In this document: piece after piece, positions 39,879 through 52,600 of the stretch
Numbering within the stretch: the first letter of the stretch is position 1
How the letters are laid out: every line of letters starts with the position of its first letter
DNA from: Reclinomonas americana ATCC 50394
Taxonomy: Eukaryota
Assembly (NCBI GenBank): GCA_048213135.1
Contig: PS015059.1
Span: 334,093 to 398,092, forward strand
Direction of reading: 5' to 3'
DNA: 64,000 nucleotides
Program-made: the position numbers and the translations under genes
Notes under the pieces: model-generated
Told to the model about the DNA's origin: nothing
Database searches by the model: none
The model's input: the letters and a program-made list of their open reading frames with translations, nothing else

Positions 39879-42407
39879 GCAGTCGCATGGAGCGAAGACG
39901 ACGGAGAGAGAGACGCCAACCAGCCATTGTATTCGCAAGCAGAGAAATCAGAGAGACGAGATAGAACTCAGAGACAATGGGCACTTCTCTAGGAAGAGAC
40001 ATCAGCCCCTCGCAGCGAAGACGACAAAGACGAGAAAGAACAGACTACGCTTGTTACTGCCACAGAGCCGAAGGGAAGGAAACACACAGCAGACACCGAA
40101 GACTGTCGCACGCTACGAATTCGACGAAGACGATTGAGAACTGACAGTTGATGACATAAACACTGCAATAAATAACGAGGCAGAAGACACAGAAACAAAG
40201 ACAGCACCTCCTCGATCGACACAACTGCTTTCTCAGCACCAATAATAGCACGACTCAGCATCGGTTACGCACCCATCCCTGCTCTGTCTCTCTCGCTCTC
40301 TCCATCGCACACTCGTTCCCCACTTCCTTCCCCTCCTATCTACTCTTCCCACATCCCCTCCCCGCAATCTCCTTCACACTCAGCGCCAACAAATTCGCGG
40401 CACAATTTCTATGGCGCATCCATCCCTGCTCTCTCTCTCTCTCCATCACACACTCCTTCCCCACCTCCACCTTCCTCTCCTATCTCCTCCTCCCTCCCTC
40501 CCCTTCCCCTCCCCGCAATCGCCTTCACACTCAGCGTCAACAGTAGCACGCCTCACTTTCGCTTGGGCATCTATCCACTCTCTTGCTCTCTTTCTGTTCA
40601 CCTCTCAACTCGCCGCTTTCTCCATCATTCTCTCACTCATTGAAAGCCTTCCATCCTTGTTCTCTCAATCACACAATTACAGTCACACAGCATCACTAAA
40701 TTCCCTTCCTCCCATCCTCTTCTCGTTCACTCTCACTGCGCCTCTCTCTCTCTCATTCGATTCAGTCTTCTTTTCTCTCGTCTTGACTTCTCTCTTCTGC
40801 ATACCTCTCGAATCATCACTGTCCCTTCCTCCCTTTCCAAAACACAGCTTGTTCCTTCCCTTCCCTACCACCCCTCTCCGCAATTGCCTTCACACTCAGC
40901 GCCAACAACAACAAGACATAGCTTCGCTTGGACATCTATCCCGCTCTATCTTCCTTTACTTCTTTTCTCTCCTCTTCTGGCCTCCTCTCTCATGCCCCTT
41001 TCCTCTCTCTCTCTCTCTCCCTTCTCNNNNNNNNNNNNNNNNNNNNNNNNNNNNNNNNNNNNNNNNNNNNNNNNNNNNNNNNNNNNNNNNNNNNNNNNNN
41101 NNNNNNNNNNNNNNNNNNNNNNNNNNNNNNNNNNNNNNNNNNNNNNNNNNNNNNNNNNNNNNNNNNNNNNNNNNNNNNNNNNNNNNNNNNNNNNNNNNNN
41201 NNNNNNNNNNNNNNNNNNNNNNNNNNNNNNNNNNNNNNNNNNNNNNNNNNNNNNNNNNNNNNNNNNNNNNNNNNNNNNNNNNNNNNNNNNNNNNNNNNNN
41301 NNNNNNNNNNNNACACTCAGCGCCAACAACAACAAGACATAGCTTCGTCTTGGTACGATCTATCCCGCCTCTATCTTCCTTTACTTCTTTCTTCTCCTCT
41401 TCTGCTCCTCTCTCATGCCCTTCCTCTCTCTCTCTCTCTCCCTTCTCCCCCTTGACCCCCTCCTTCCCTCCCCCTTCCACCCTTCCACCCTTCCACCCTT
41501 CTCCCCTTCCCCACTCACCCCATGCCGACTCCTATGCGACGCCAGCTCCCGCGGCGACATACTCGCCACCTCCCTCCCCACCCCCGCCGAACTCGTCTCC
41601 GCCAACCCATACAACGTGCGCAGCCGCTCCCGTGCCGACGCCGACGCCGTCGTGCCCATCGACACCGCTCCATCGACATCATCGCTCTCCTCGACCGGCA
41701 TTCGCCGCGCCGACGGCGACGGCTGCGGCAACGTCGGCAGCAGCGCGTTTACATAACGCGGAGACGGAGCCTCGTCCCTCCTCGCATGATGATGATGATG
41801 ATGATGATGACTGTGACTGTGACTGTGACTGTGATGATGCCGCGGCGATCTCACTTCCCCATGATGATGATGACGATGATGCCTGTGATGATGATGCCTG
41901 TGATGACGTGGCGACGACTGCTGCTCCAGCACAGGCGGAGGAGGCGGCGGAGGGCCTCCTCCCGTCAACGCATTCAACGCCATTCGATCGGCCGCTCGCG
42001 TTCTCATCGTCGCCGACGGCGATAGTCCCACTGGCGGCAACACCAGCTGCTTCTTCGCATGCTGGTGCGGTCGATGTCGACCCTCTGCATCATCATCGCC
42101 GCTGTCATCATCATCATCGCTGTCCACTCGCACAGTGAGCTGATGTTGTGCTTGTGCAAAGGGCGTAGCGTCGGCTTGAATGCGCGTGTCAGGCACCGTG
42201 CTCCGTCGGTCCACTAGACGCGCGAAGGCGGCCATGCGCGGGGAGATCAGAGTCGACACGTCGGGCATGCGATGATACCTTTTGAGAGAGTGAGAGTCAG
42301 TGAGAAATTTTCGTGTGAGAGTTTTGTTGTGTGAGAGAGAGGGAGAGTGTCATGCGCAACAGCTCGTCGCGCTTGGTGACTTGGCGCTGGAAGAGCACAG
42401 ACTCCAT
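39739..42407 (-). CDS. Unknown low-complexity His/Pro/Asp-rich protein
   Basis: ATG 42407; CT|GTTGCGC...AAAG|G junction into a long exon with poly-His and HS tracts ending at a GTGAGT donor. Linking the last exon (..QIKNVVTEDWLRTHKYVCLLK*, below 39840) is tentative because a gap intervenes. Confidence 0.55.
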
Positions 42408-42564
42408 GGTCAAGGGGTCCACATGCCCAAGCAGCTTTGACATTTAATTCTCACACTCGCGTCAGTCGATTGAGAGCCGGTTCGCGGTTGTCAGAGGGGA
42501 CAGACGTTTCATTCTTTCGCGATCGTTGTCGTTCTCATTGCCTGTTTCACAAGGGCACTTCTAA

Positions 42565-45500
42565 TCAGTCGGCTTTCCCGCCCGGAGGCACCAACGCGGT
42601 CTCTTCGACGAGTAACACAGTTTCGACGTCGACTGTGGGAGCCGGTGAGTGCTGCCGGTGACCGTACGTTGGCGACGTCGAGGTCGAGCTGGAGGCGGAG
42701 CCGGAGCCGAGAACGCCACCGCTGCTGCCGCGTTCGGCGGAGATGCCGGACGTGCCGCGGATGAGCGGGATGACCACGGTCTCGAAGAGGCGGTCGAGGA
42801 AACCGGAAATGGTGAATACGCCACCGACCACGGCGCACAGCTTGACGAGGAAGTGCACGAAGGGTGGGCGGGCGACGTGGTGGTTGATTTGGATCGGGTT
42901 CATCTCGAAGATGAAGAAGACGCCTGTTGTGGGAGTAGGGTGAGGGCGGGCACGACACGAGGGGGAGAGATGTGGGGTGGATCGACTCACCAGGCAGGTA
43001 CGGGCCGCGCTTGTTCATAATCTTCAGCATGTGCTCCGTCACCGAGTACGAAAAGGTGGAGATCGGCTCGCCGCCGTGCATGGGGTAGTACTTGGTCGGC
43101 ACCACCTTGACGAAATACTTGAAGGTGGAGCTGCCGGCCTCGGACATTTTCACCACGCCGTCGAGAGGGGTCTGTCGAGGAGGAGGTGGTGGTGGGCAAA
43201 GAGGGAATGGAAAGGGGGAGAAGGGAAGGGGCGCACCTTTTGCACCGTGGGGTCTTCGTCGACGGGGTCGCCAAAAGACAGGTGGTTGATAATGTGCGAG
43301 GGGTCAAAGGTGGCCATGGCGTCCGGGTCGAATTCGTGGACGTGGTGGATGCGGCCTGAAAAAGGGTAGGGGAAGGGTGAGAAAGGGGGAAGGGTACTTG
43401 CGTGTGCGCGGATGTGTGCGCATTATCAACTCTCGCTCCCTTGTGCCAGACTGGTGCGTGTTGTCGGTGTACTCTGTGCATGCGCGGACGTGTGTGTGCG
43501 TATGTGCATCTTTATATCTCTCTCCGTTGTGCCAGATACTCATGAGTGTTGTTGTTGTACTCTGTGTACCCAATGTATGCCTATGAGATGGACAAGAAGG
43601 AGCAAGGATGAGACGGAGAAAGAATGCGACAACAAGGGGCGAGCAGCCAGGAGAGCGGGAATCGGGCTGCAGGAGCGAGATTGAGAAACAAGAGAAATGG
43701 AGAAGGAGGAGAGGCACAGAATCAGCAGGTGCCAACGGGGACAGAGGGGAATGACCGGCGGGAAAGGGGAGATATGAAAGTCGTCAGTAAGCAGGAGAAT
43801 AGGAGAGACAATGAGGGCGAGCTCGCTTCTCAGGCAATGGGAACAGAGGGGAAGGAACGGCGGGAAAGGAGAGAAAGGAAAGTCGTCAGTCAGCAGGAGA
43901 AAACGAGAGACAGCGAGGGCGAGTTCGCCTCTCAGCAAATGGGGACATAGGGGAATGAGCGGCGGAAGCGGAGAGATATGAAAGTCGTCAGTAAGCAGGA
44001 GAAAACGAGAGACAACGAGGGCGAGTTCGCCTCTCAGCAAATGGGGACAGAGGGGAAGGAACAGCGGGAAAGGAGAGACAAAGAGGGTGAGTTCGCTAAT
44101 GTGGAAGCGGAGAGATATGAAAGTCGTCAGTAAGCAGGAGAAAAGGAGAGACAGCGAGGGCGAATTCGCCTCTCAGGCAATGGGGACAGAGGGGAAGGAA
44201 CGGCGGGAAAGGAGAGAAAGGAAAGTCGTCAGTCAGCACAAGAAAGGAGAGACAACGAGGGCGAGTACGCTTCTCAGCCGAGCAAATGATGAGGTGGAAA
44301 GAGAAAGGGAGACTGCACACAGACGGCCGCGCCCTCTCCGTCTCAAACATGAAGCGATAGATGATGAAGAACAAAGCGTTCCGTGACACCGCAGCATACA
44401 TCGCTACGTGTTCCTGCTTCTCTCTCTCTCTCTTCTTTCATCTCCCTCCAATCCCCTCCTTCCGCCCCCCCCCCCCTTCCCTCTCCCAACAAACCTCCCG
44501 CCTGATGCTCAAACGAGTGCCCGGGCGCAAAGTGGAAGTTACCGGCCACACGCTTCACCTGCACGTCGCCACGCACGCGGCATCCAGTGCTCTGCGCCAC
44601 AATGGCAGCCATTTGCGCTGCACGCGAATTGCGCTTCTTCTCGTGATGATGGTGATGGTGATCGTGGTCGTGGTCGTGGTGATCATGGTCGTCGCCCTCG
44701 GCCTCGCGCTCCGCAAAACCCTCCTTCTCGTTGTCATCGGCGTCCTTGTGGTCGTCCTCGTCGTCGTCGGGCACCGCCACCAAATCCTCCGGCGTCATCA
44801 ATGCCTTCCCGTCGCCATCTAGCGGCGTACGCTGCAGCGCACGATCGTAGCCGATCTCCTGATCGCCGGCTACGTCGACGACGTCCAGCGACAGTGCTGT
44901 GGGAGAGGGAAAGAGAGCGGGAAAAGGAAAGGGTGGTGAGGGGCAGGGGAAGGGGGGAAGAGGTGAGGAATCGTTTTTCTTTCGTTCTCGCTCCCTGTTC
45001 TGCTTTTCTTCATCTTCTTCGGAGCTTGTCGTCGATGCTGTTCAGTTGCTGTTTCTTGTCTTACTTCGTTCCTGTCGCTGTTGCGTCTCCGTGCGTTTCT
45101 CCTCCATTTTCTCTTCCTCTTTTCTCGTTCTCCTTGCTGCTCCTTGAATTGTTCAGTCTCTTTATCCTTCTCGTCTGCTTCTTCTTCTTCTGCGTTTCTT
45201 CTTCCATTTCTCTCCCTCTTTTCTTGTTCTCCTTGCTGCTCCTTGAAGTGTTCAGTCTCTTCATCCTTCATGTCTGCTTCTTCTTCTTCTGCGGCCATGC
45301 TTCTCCACTTTCTCTTCCTCTCTTCTCGTTCTCTTTGTTGCTCCTCGTCTGCTTCTTCTTCTGTGACAACCACTTTCTGGCTCACTCCGCGGTCTTCTCC
45401 TCACTCTTCATTCGTGCAATTCTCTTTCTGGTTCTTCTGCTTCTTCTTCTGCGGCCATTCTTCTTGCTCGCTCTGTGTTCTTCTCCTCACTCTTCTTTGC

Positions 45501-46384
45501 TATCCTCGCTGTCTTTCTGCTCGTTCTTCATGCACCCTTTGTCGGTCTCCTTCTCGTGGCTTGTTGTACAGTTTCTTTCTCCTTGCCGTCTGTATCTTCT
45601 TCTGCGACCATCCATCCTGCTCCCTGGGAGAAAGGTCGAGAACGCAGAAGACGGCAAAGTAGGACCAGACATGGGGAACGACAAAGGGTGCACGTACAAC
45701 GAGAAGAAAGAAAGCGAGGTAAACAAGAGGAGAATTGCACGACACGAAGAGAGAGGAGAATATCGACGCTTGCCTTTCTGCGTTGATGCTACAGAGCTAC
45801 ATCCGCGTTCTTCTCGATCATGTCGTGCATGCGGTTCTTCGCACATACTTCTCTCTCGTTTGCGCTTCTTTCGCTTGCTGTTCCCTCCTCTCGGTTGCAG
45901 CTGGTGCATGTCTCCGCGTTCTCGTTGCTTTCTTCTCTGCTTCTTGCTGTTCTCGCTATTCGTCTTCTCCTTTCTACTCCTCCTCCCTTCCAACCCACCA
46001 TCACACTTGGTTCGCGGGAAGGTAATGTCAAACGCGATGCGCAGCTTGCCGCCAAACGACGTGTCCACCACCAGCTCATCCATCGGCACCGGTTGCAGAT
46101 ACGCAAACAGCTCAATGAGGAACAGCAGGCCCATGATTGTCAGCGACACAACGGAAACTGTGACGGAGAAGAGTCAAGTGAGAAAAAGAGACATGATATG
46201 CAACACGTGGCAATCAATAGTGTGGATGTGCAAGGGTGGATGTGTGTGTGGAGTGAGTGAGGGAGTGTGTGTGTGTGTGCGTGTGTGTGCGTTCGACAAT
46301 CAGTTGCGCGTAGGGCATGTTGTGCAGGGTGCGAGTGAGTGAGTGAGTGAGTGAGTGTGTGAGTGAGTGAGTGAATGAGTGAGT

Positions 46385-46431
<47 letters not shown>

Positions 46432-46752
46432 TGAATGTGTGTGCGTTCCACTCTCTCACTCACTGCTCTCACTCACTGCTCTCTCTCTCCCTCNNNNNNN
46501 NNNNNNNNNNNNNNNNNNNNNNNNNNNNNNNNNNNNNNNNNNNNNNNNNNNNNNNNNNNNNNNNNNNNNNNNNNNNNNNNNNNNNNNNNNNNNNNNNNNN
46601 NNNNNNNNNNNNNNNNNNNNNNNNNNNNNNNNNNNNNNNNNNNNNNNNNNNNNNNNNNNNNNNNNNNNNNNNNNNNNNNNNNNNNNNNNNNNNNNNNNNN
46701 NNNNNNNNNNNNNNNNNNNNNNNNNNNNNNNNNNNNNNNNNNNNNNNNNNNN

Positions 46753-46824
<72 letters not shown>

Positions 46825-47104
46825 GCAATCACACATTCATCTCTTCCCCTTCCCCTCTCCCCCTCCTCTCTCTCTCCCTCCCTCTCCCCGCCACACAACT
46901 GATTCCTCCCGCATTGGTCTTCTGCTTGGCAAAGCGCTGCGCCTTTGGGTACATGTCAAACTGTTGCAGCTTTCGCGCCAGTGGTGTGCGCGAGAACTCT
47001 GCCACGCGCTCCGCGAGCTTTGGTCGTCGTTGACGCACTCCAGCAGTGCCTCCTGCGGCGGCGGCCGCGTCGCCTGCGGGCCGCGATTTCGCGTCTTTCA
47101 CCAT
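42565..47104 (-). CDS. ERGIC/Erv41-Erv46 family COPII/COPI cargo receptor, 6 exons
   Basis: LQQFDMYPK, TNAGGIISVVS, LVVDTS..KLRIAFDITFP..CDALSLDVVDVAG, GCRVRGDVQVKRVAGNFHFAPG, SHIINHLSFG, YFVKVVPT, PGVFFIFEMNPI, LCAVVGGVF. Confidence 0.93.
43735..44280 (+). repeat. Intronic degenerate tandem repeat, about 100-130-bp period
   Basis: GAAAGTCGTCAGT(A/C)AGCA and GAGGGCGAG(T/C)TCGC recur five times. Confidence 0.85.
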
Positions 47105-47684
47105 TGCTCGTGACACACAGAGTGAGAGTGAGTGAGAAACGAAATTGAGGTGCGTGAATTTTTACAGTGGTGTGACTTCCTTGTCGTTGTGGACCAGCGG
47201 GGGAGGAGGCGTATTTGCGTGCGGGGTGGTCTACGTAGAGGCGCGATGCAAGGTGATTCGAAATTCGAATTCAGGATGTTGAGAACGAACAACAACAACA
47301 ATCTTGCTCATGCATATGGTGGTGTATAACAGATTTAGTTGTAGAAGGAAAGCACACGAGACTTGTTGGCGAGCACTGGTAGATGCGCATGCATATGCTC
47401 ATTGTTGTATTTGTCAGTGAAGTTTCTATTATTAATTTAAATGCAATGTCGCGAGTGAAGTGTTTTGTTGTTTTGCGAAAATATCACTCCCTGCAGGTGA
47501 GCCACAGCGCTGCGTGCTTGCACATTCGCAGCGAAATGGCTCGGGATCGTGGCTCATTAATTGCAAATCCGGCGCATTGCCGGGTCGCAACTTCCCGCCA
47601 GGTTATTTTAGGCTCGGAGTTTTCCGGCAACAATCATTCGCTTCTTCCTCTTTTTGTGAGCACACACCACTACACAACAACATC

Positions 47685-48479
47685 ATGCAGACGCTGACGG
47701 GCAAGACAATCACTCTTGACGTGGAGGGCGCCGACACCAGTGGTGCGGAGGAAGTAGGCGCAAATCAGGATCAGGATACCTGGGCCGTCATCGACGCCGT
47801 CCTCGGCCAGCGACCAGAATTGGCGGACGACATAGAGTATGTCCTAGGTGATATAGAAGCTCTTCTGCTGCAGGGATCAGCAGCCTATGACCTTTGCGTA
47901 ATGGAAGGGCACTGGATGCGCCTTGGCCGCATCACAGTCATCGCCGCAGCTGCAGTTCCCGAGCATGCGCAAGAGCTGAAGCACGCCTTCTGGGTAGCCA
48001 TCAAGGTCGTGGAAGATCTCCTCTTCCGCTTGCAGAAGCAACGCTTCCTGACAGAACAGCAGACAACTCTGCATCCTCTCGACTTCTCTGCTCTCGAGCT
48101 CGAGCGGCGACACTCTTTCACTGCTGCTACAGCTGCAGCCCCTTACTCGAACGCAGAACGGATTCCTGACGAGCTTGTCCCCAGCACACTCATAGCTCTC
48201 CTCAACTGCCTACTTGAGACCGGCACGAACCTGTCGGGACAAGTTGATCGCATGTTGCGCCAAGATCCTGCCAAGATAACTAGTGACGTCCAGAACACGT
48301 TGATGTGCGGCCTCGCTCGGCAGGAGCTCACCTGCGCGCGGGCGGCCATGCAGGCTGTTCAGGAGATACAACGAGAGGAGGAGGACGATTCGCGATGCCT
48401 GCCAGAGATGGTGCTGCGGTGTTTCATCGTCGAGGAGGCAGAGTTGGTGGCATATCGGTGTTTCTCCGACTGGTCATGA
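47685..48479 (+). CDS. Intronless ORF with a ubiquitin-derived N-terminal 18 aa fused to unrelated helical sequence
   Basis: [18 protein letters not shown] versus ubiquitin [22 protein letters not shown]; open for 264 codons. Confidence 0.6.
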   Translation: [264 protein letters not shown]

Positions 48480-49142
48480 AGTGTTGAGCTTGTGTTTGTT
48501 TACTGCCATGCAAAATGAATCGCATCAGCAGAGCTCAGCAGCTGTAGGCCCTGTGAGAGGGCAGTGTAGGCGCAGTCATCAAGTGAGAACTTCTGTGTGG
48601 CGCAAATAGTGTCAGCGGCCCGTAGACGCGTACGCGTATACGCTGAACTCGTTGAAGCTGGGTGCTGCAGTAGCGACGCGATGGTTCTAGTTGCCCTGAG
48701 GCTGCGGCGCAGCTGCTGCGGGTGGGGGGATTGTTTGCTTGAGCCTGATTGCCACCAGCACAGCGGAAAGCGAACTCCACGCAGCACCTGTCCACCACTC
48801 GGCGCAATTGGCCGCTCTCGATGCCCATCTTCTTCAACGACGCCCGGGTAGTCTGCGCGCACGATCCAACTTGCGTGAAACGCCACCATTCACCGCAGCA
48901 TCCCACACTGCTGTTGGGATTCAACGAGCATCGATATCGATCGCGGTTGTCGACGTCGCAAAACAAATGGTCATTGCAGCGACGTTCCTTTTGATCTTTC
49001 CGTCTCGGTCCGCTGCCAATACACAACGCTCTACGCAGTGACCACTTTAAACCACCGCATACCACGCTCTTGGGCTCGGAGTTGTCAACGTCGCCGTGTC
49101 CCACACACTCTCTCACTCCGTCTCTCTCACCAACGAGCACAC

Positions 49143-49554
49143 ATGGCCTCGCCATCTGCCGCACGCGGCATCATCAAAGAAGGATAGTTGCGTGCCTCTG
49201 TGCAACAACACAAACAGCATTGTGTTGGTCGCAAAGGGGGTCAGTGATGTCGACATGACTGTGACACTCACTCTCTCTTTGTGCTCAGTCTGGTGAAGCA
49301 AGGCGAGAGTGTCAAGTCATGGAAGAAACGGTGATTTGCATGCAGCAGAAGAGTGTGAGAGAGAGTGAGTCACTTATGGTGATTGTTCCGTGTTGTTGTT
49401 GTTGTCTCTCTTTGCGCAGGTGGTTTGTGCTGTTTGATGTGACGATGCAGTACTTTACGGAGAGCGACAAGGCGACGTTCAAGGGCGAGGTGCGATTTTT
49501 GATTGATGGATTGATGTGATGATGATGGAATTAGTTTGACTGCAGTCATTCTCT

Positions 49555-49610
<56 letters not shown>

Positions 49611-52600
49611 CCTCTGCCTTTATTGCATGCTGTTGTCGCCCACCTTGCATTATCAGTTTCTCCTCTTATCTTGCACCCTTTGCTTTTCTCTCTTGTGTCA
49701 TCTCCCTCTCTCACCCTCCTGCCTGTTCCTGCCGCCCACCGCGTTTCTCANNNNNNNNNNNNNNNNNNNNNNNNNNNNNNNNNNNNNNNNNNNNNNNNNN
49801 NNNNNNNNNNNNNNNNNNNNNNNNNNNNNNNNNNNNNNNNNNNNNNNNNNNNNNNNNNNNNNNNNNNNNNNNNNNNNNNNNNNNNNNNNNNNNNNNNNNN
49901 NNNNNNNNNNNNNNNNNNNNNNNNNNNNNNNNNNNNNNNNNNNNNNNNNNNNNNNNNNNNNNNNNNNNNNNNNNNNNNNNNNNNNNNNNNNNNNNNNNNN
50001 NNNNNNNNNNNNNNNNNNNNNNNNNNNNNNNNNNNNNNNNNNNNNNNNNNNNNNNNNNNNNNNNNNNNNNNNNNNNNNNNNNNNNNNNNNNNNNNNNNNN
50101 NNNNNNNNNNNNNNNNNNNNNNNNNNNNNNNNNNNNNNNNNNNNNNNNNNNNNNNNNNNNNNNNNNNNNNNNNNNNNNNNNNNNNNNNNNNNNNNNNNNN
50201 NNNNNNNNNNNNNNNNNNNNNNNNNNNNNNNNNNNNNNNNNNNNNNNNNNNNNNNNNNNNNNNNNNNNNNNNNNNNNNNNNNNNNNNNNNNNNNNNNNNN
50301 NNNNNNNNTTTCTCCCCCTCCTTCTCCAGTGCCTCGGTCTCTTGTTGCTTCGCCCTTCTGTTTTCTTTCACTCTCCTTTCCTCCTTCTCGCCTGCTCCTG
50401 CATCCTCTTCTCCTTTTCTCTCACTTTTCTCCGTCTCCCATTCTCTCTCCTCCTCGCCCGCTCCTGCCTGTTCCGTGCTCCATCTTCTTCTTCGAGTTCT
50501 TATCTTCTCACGTGCCCTGCGCCCTCATCTCCATCTCCCTCGCCTCCCGCTCTTCCCTTATCGCTCCCCTATCCCTCCTCTCGCAGTTCTCCTTCTCGGA
50601 AGACGCACCCGTTCGCCGCCGCGAGGACATTCCCAAGCGCACCTTTGTCTTCTCGCTGACCAGCACACTCGGGAGAGAGTACCTCATGTCGTGCAACTCG
50701 GAGGAGGAGCGCGCAGCGTGGATCGGCGCCATCAACGAAGCACAGGTACTGGCTGGTGTCACGTCGCATCCTTCAGCCAAAATCCCTTCGTGACTCTCTT
50801 CGTTTGCGACAGCTCCGCGCCCGCGAAGCCAGCACCATGGCCGAGCTGAACCGAGTGGTGACGACACAGGCTGCCGAGTTGTCTCGCCTCTTTGGCTCGC
50901 AGCTGGCCGTGGAAATCAGCTGGTCCACATTTGTTGGACCGCAGGAGCGTATCGAGAAGGCACCGGAGGCCGTGGTGCAGTGGTTTGCGAGGCAAATTGT
51001 GCCCGAGTTCCGCGCGTGTCAGCTGGTGAGCGAAAGTGCGAGGTAGCGGGGCGCAGCACACTTGCTGTCTCGCATTTCACTCCATGACATCCGTTCTGCC
51101 CACGGGCTTTGTCGACTTGTCAATCTTTTGCAATCCAGCTCTCTCTCTCTCTCTCTCTCTCCCACTCCTTTNNNNNNNNNNNNNNNNNNNNTCCCCCACT
51201 TCGTCTCCCCCACTTCGTCTCCCCCACTTCGTCTCCCCCGCTTCGTCTCCCCCACTTCGTCTCCCCCACTTCGTCTCCCCCACTTCGTCTCCCCCACTTC
51301 GTCTCCCCCACTTCGTCTCCCCCACTTCGTCTCCCCCACTTCGTCTCCCCCACTTCGTCTCCCCCACTTCGTCTCCCCCACTTCGTCTCCCCCACTTCGT
51401 CTCCCCCACTTCGTCTCCCCCACTTCGTCTCCCACTTTGTCCCTCTCCCCTCCATCCTTCTCCCCCGTCTCCCACCTCCTTCTCCCTCCCTTCCCCCTTC
51501 CCTCCTTCCCCCTTCCCTCTTTCCCCCTTCCCCCTCCCACCTCCTTCCCCCTTTCCCCCTTTCCCTCTTCCCCCCTTTCCCCCTCTCCCACCCTCCGCCC
51601 ACCCACTTCCACCACAGCGCTCCTTCGACGCGACAGTCATCCAAAGACTACGCCGCCTCGTCGTCGCCAACCGCACCAGTCCGACCGACGAATCGCGCAT
51701 CTCGGACGACTTGCGCGCCATCACGTTTGTGTTCCCGTCGCCCGCGCAGGCCGTCTTCCGACAGCTTCTCGTGCAACTGCGCATGGAGGACGAGCAGTTG
51801 AAGGTGCTTCTTCATGCGTGTCGAGGAAAGCGAGTGCTGCGCTGACTCTTGTTGATGTATCAGAGAGTGGTGGAGGAGTTTCAGAATTCGGCCACGTTGA
51901 ATGTCGGCGTGCGTCTGCAACAACCGGGCGTGGTCATGGTGGTCGTGGACCTGCGATCGGTGGCGGAAACGGAGGATCCTCAAGTGTCGTGCCATCATTT
52001 CGAGTCGAACGCCTTTACGGCCATTCTGGCGGGTGCATTTGCGCGTCTGTCGGAGGATCCGCGCCACCGTGCTGTGGTGCTGTCGAATCTGAAGCGAATC
52101 ATGTTGCGTTGGACGCGGTGTCTGTGATGCAGCTTTTCCCCGTATTCTTAACTCTGTACAATCGTAGCGTGCGCGTGGACACGGGTGATGTGACTGTTTC
52201 CGTCACGGATCAACACGAGCTGGTGATTGGCATGGTGGTGGATCGCTCCAATACGGCATTCCCCGACATGGATGCGATTGTCAACGAAGTTCGCAGGGTG
52301 CGTTGAGGAACTGGGAGGATTGTTCATCTTGATCACATGTGTGCTTGATTGTGTGGAGGAGTTGATCTCCGTTTCGTGCATCTCTCTCTCTCTCTCTCTC
52401 TCTCTCGTGTGCATGTGACATGAGCATTGTCTGCCCTTCTTTTCCCAATTGTAATGATTCTTTTTCCTCTGTCCTTGTCGCTCATTCTCGCTTGTGTCAA
52501 AGTGTTTGCTCTCACATGAGCGGTGTCGGCGCTCATTCGTCGCAAAAATGTCTGTGTGTGTCTTCTCTGTCTCTCTGCCTCTCAGTGCGTGTGTAATGGT

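Noticed and set aside
40891-41420. Near-duplicate sequence on both sides of an N gap
   Set aside because: Cannot be told apart from an assembly overlap or an ordinary intronic duplication.
44408-46342. 644-aa plus-strand ORF and similar long Leu/Ser/Phe- or Arg/Glu-rich ORFs
   Set aside because: Antisense to ERGIC exons plus stop-poor CT-rich intron sequence; no protein features.
49187-49288. Reading the shifted donors as non-canonical TT-starting introns (G|TTGCG)
   Set aside because: That cut makes TAG in the PH motif EGYL here and changes the conserved Ile of HSBP1 at 37758; GT-AG fits.
51192-51436. Regular array resembling a CRISPR or telomeric tract
   Set aside because: It has no spacers and lies inside an intron; a simple 14-bp minisatellite.
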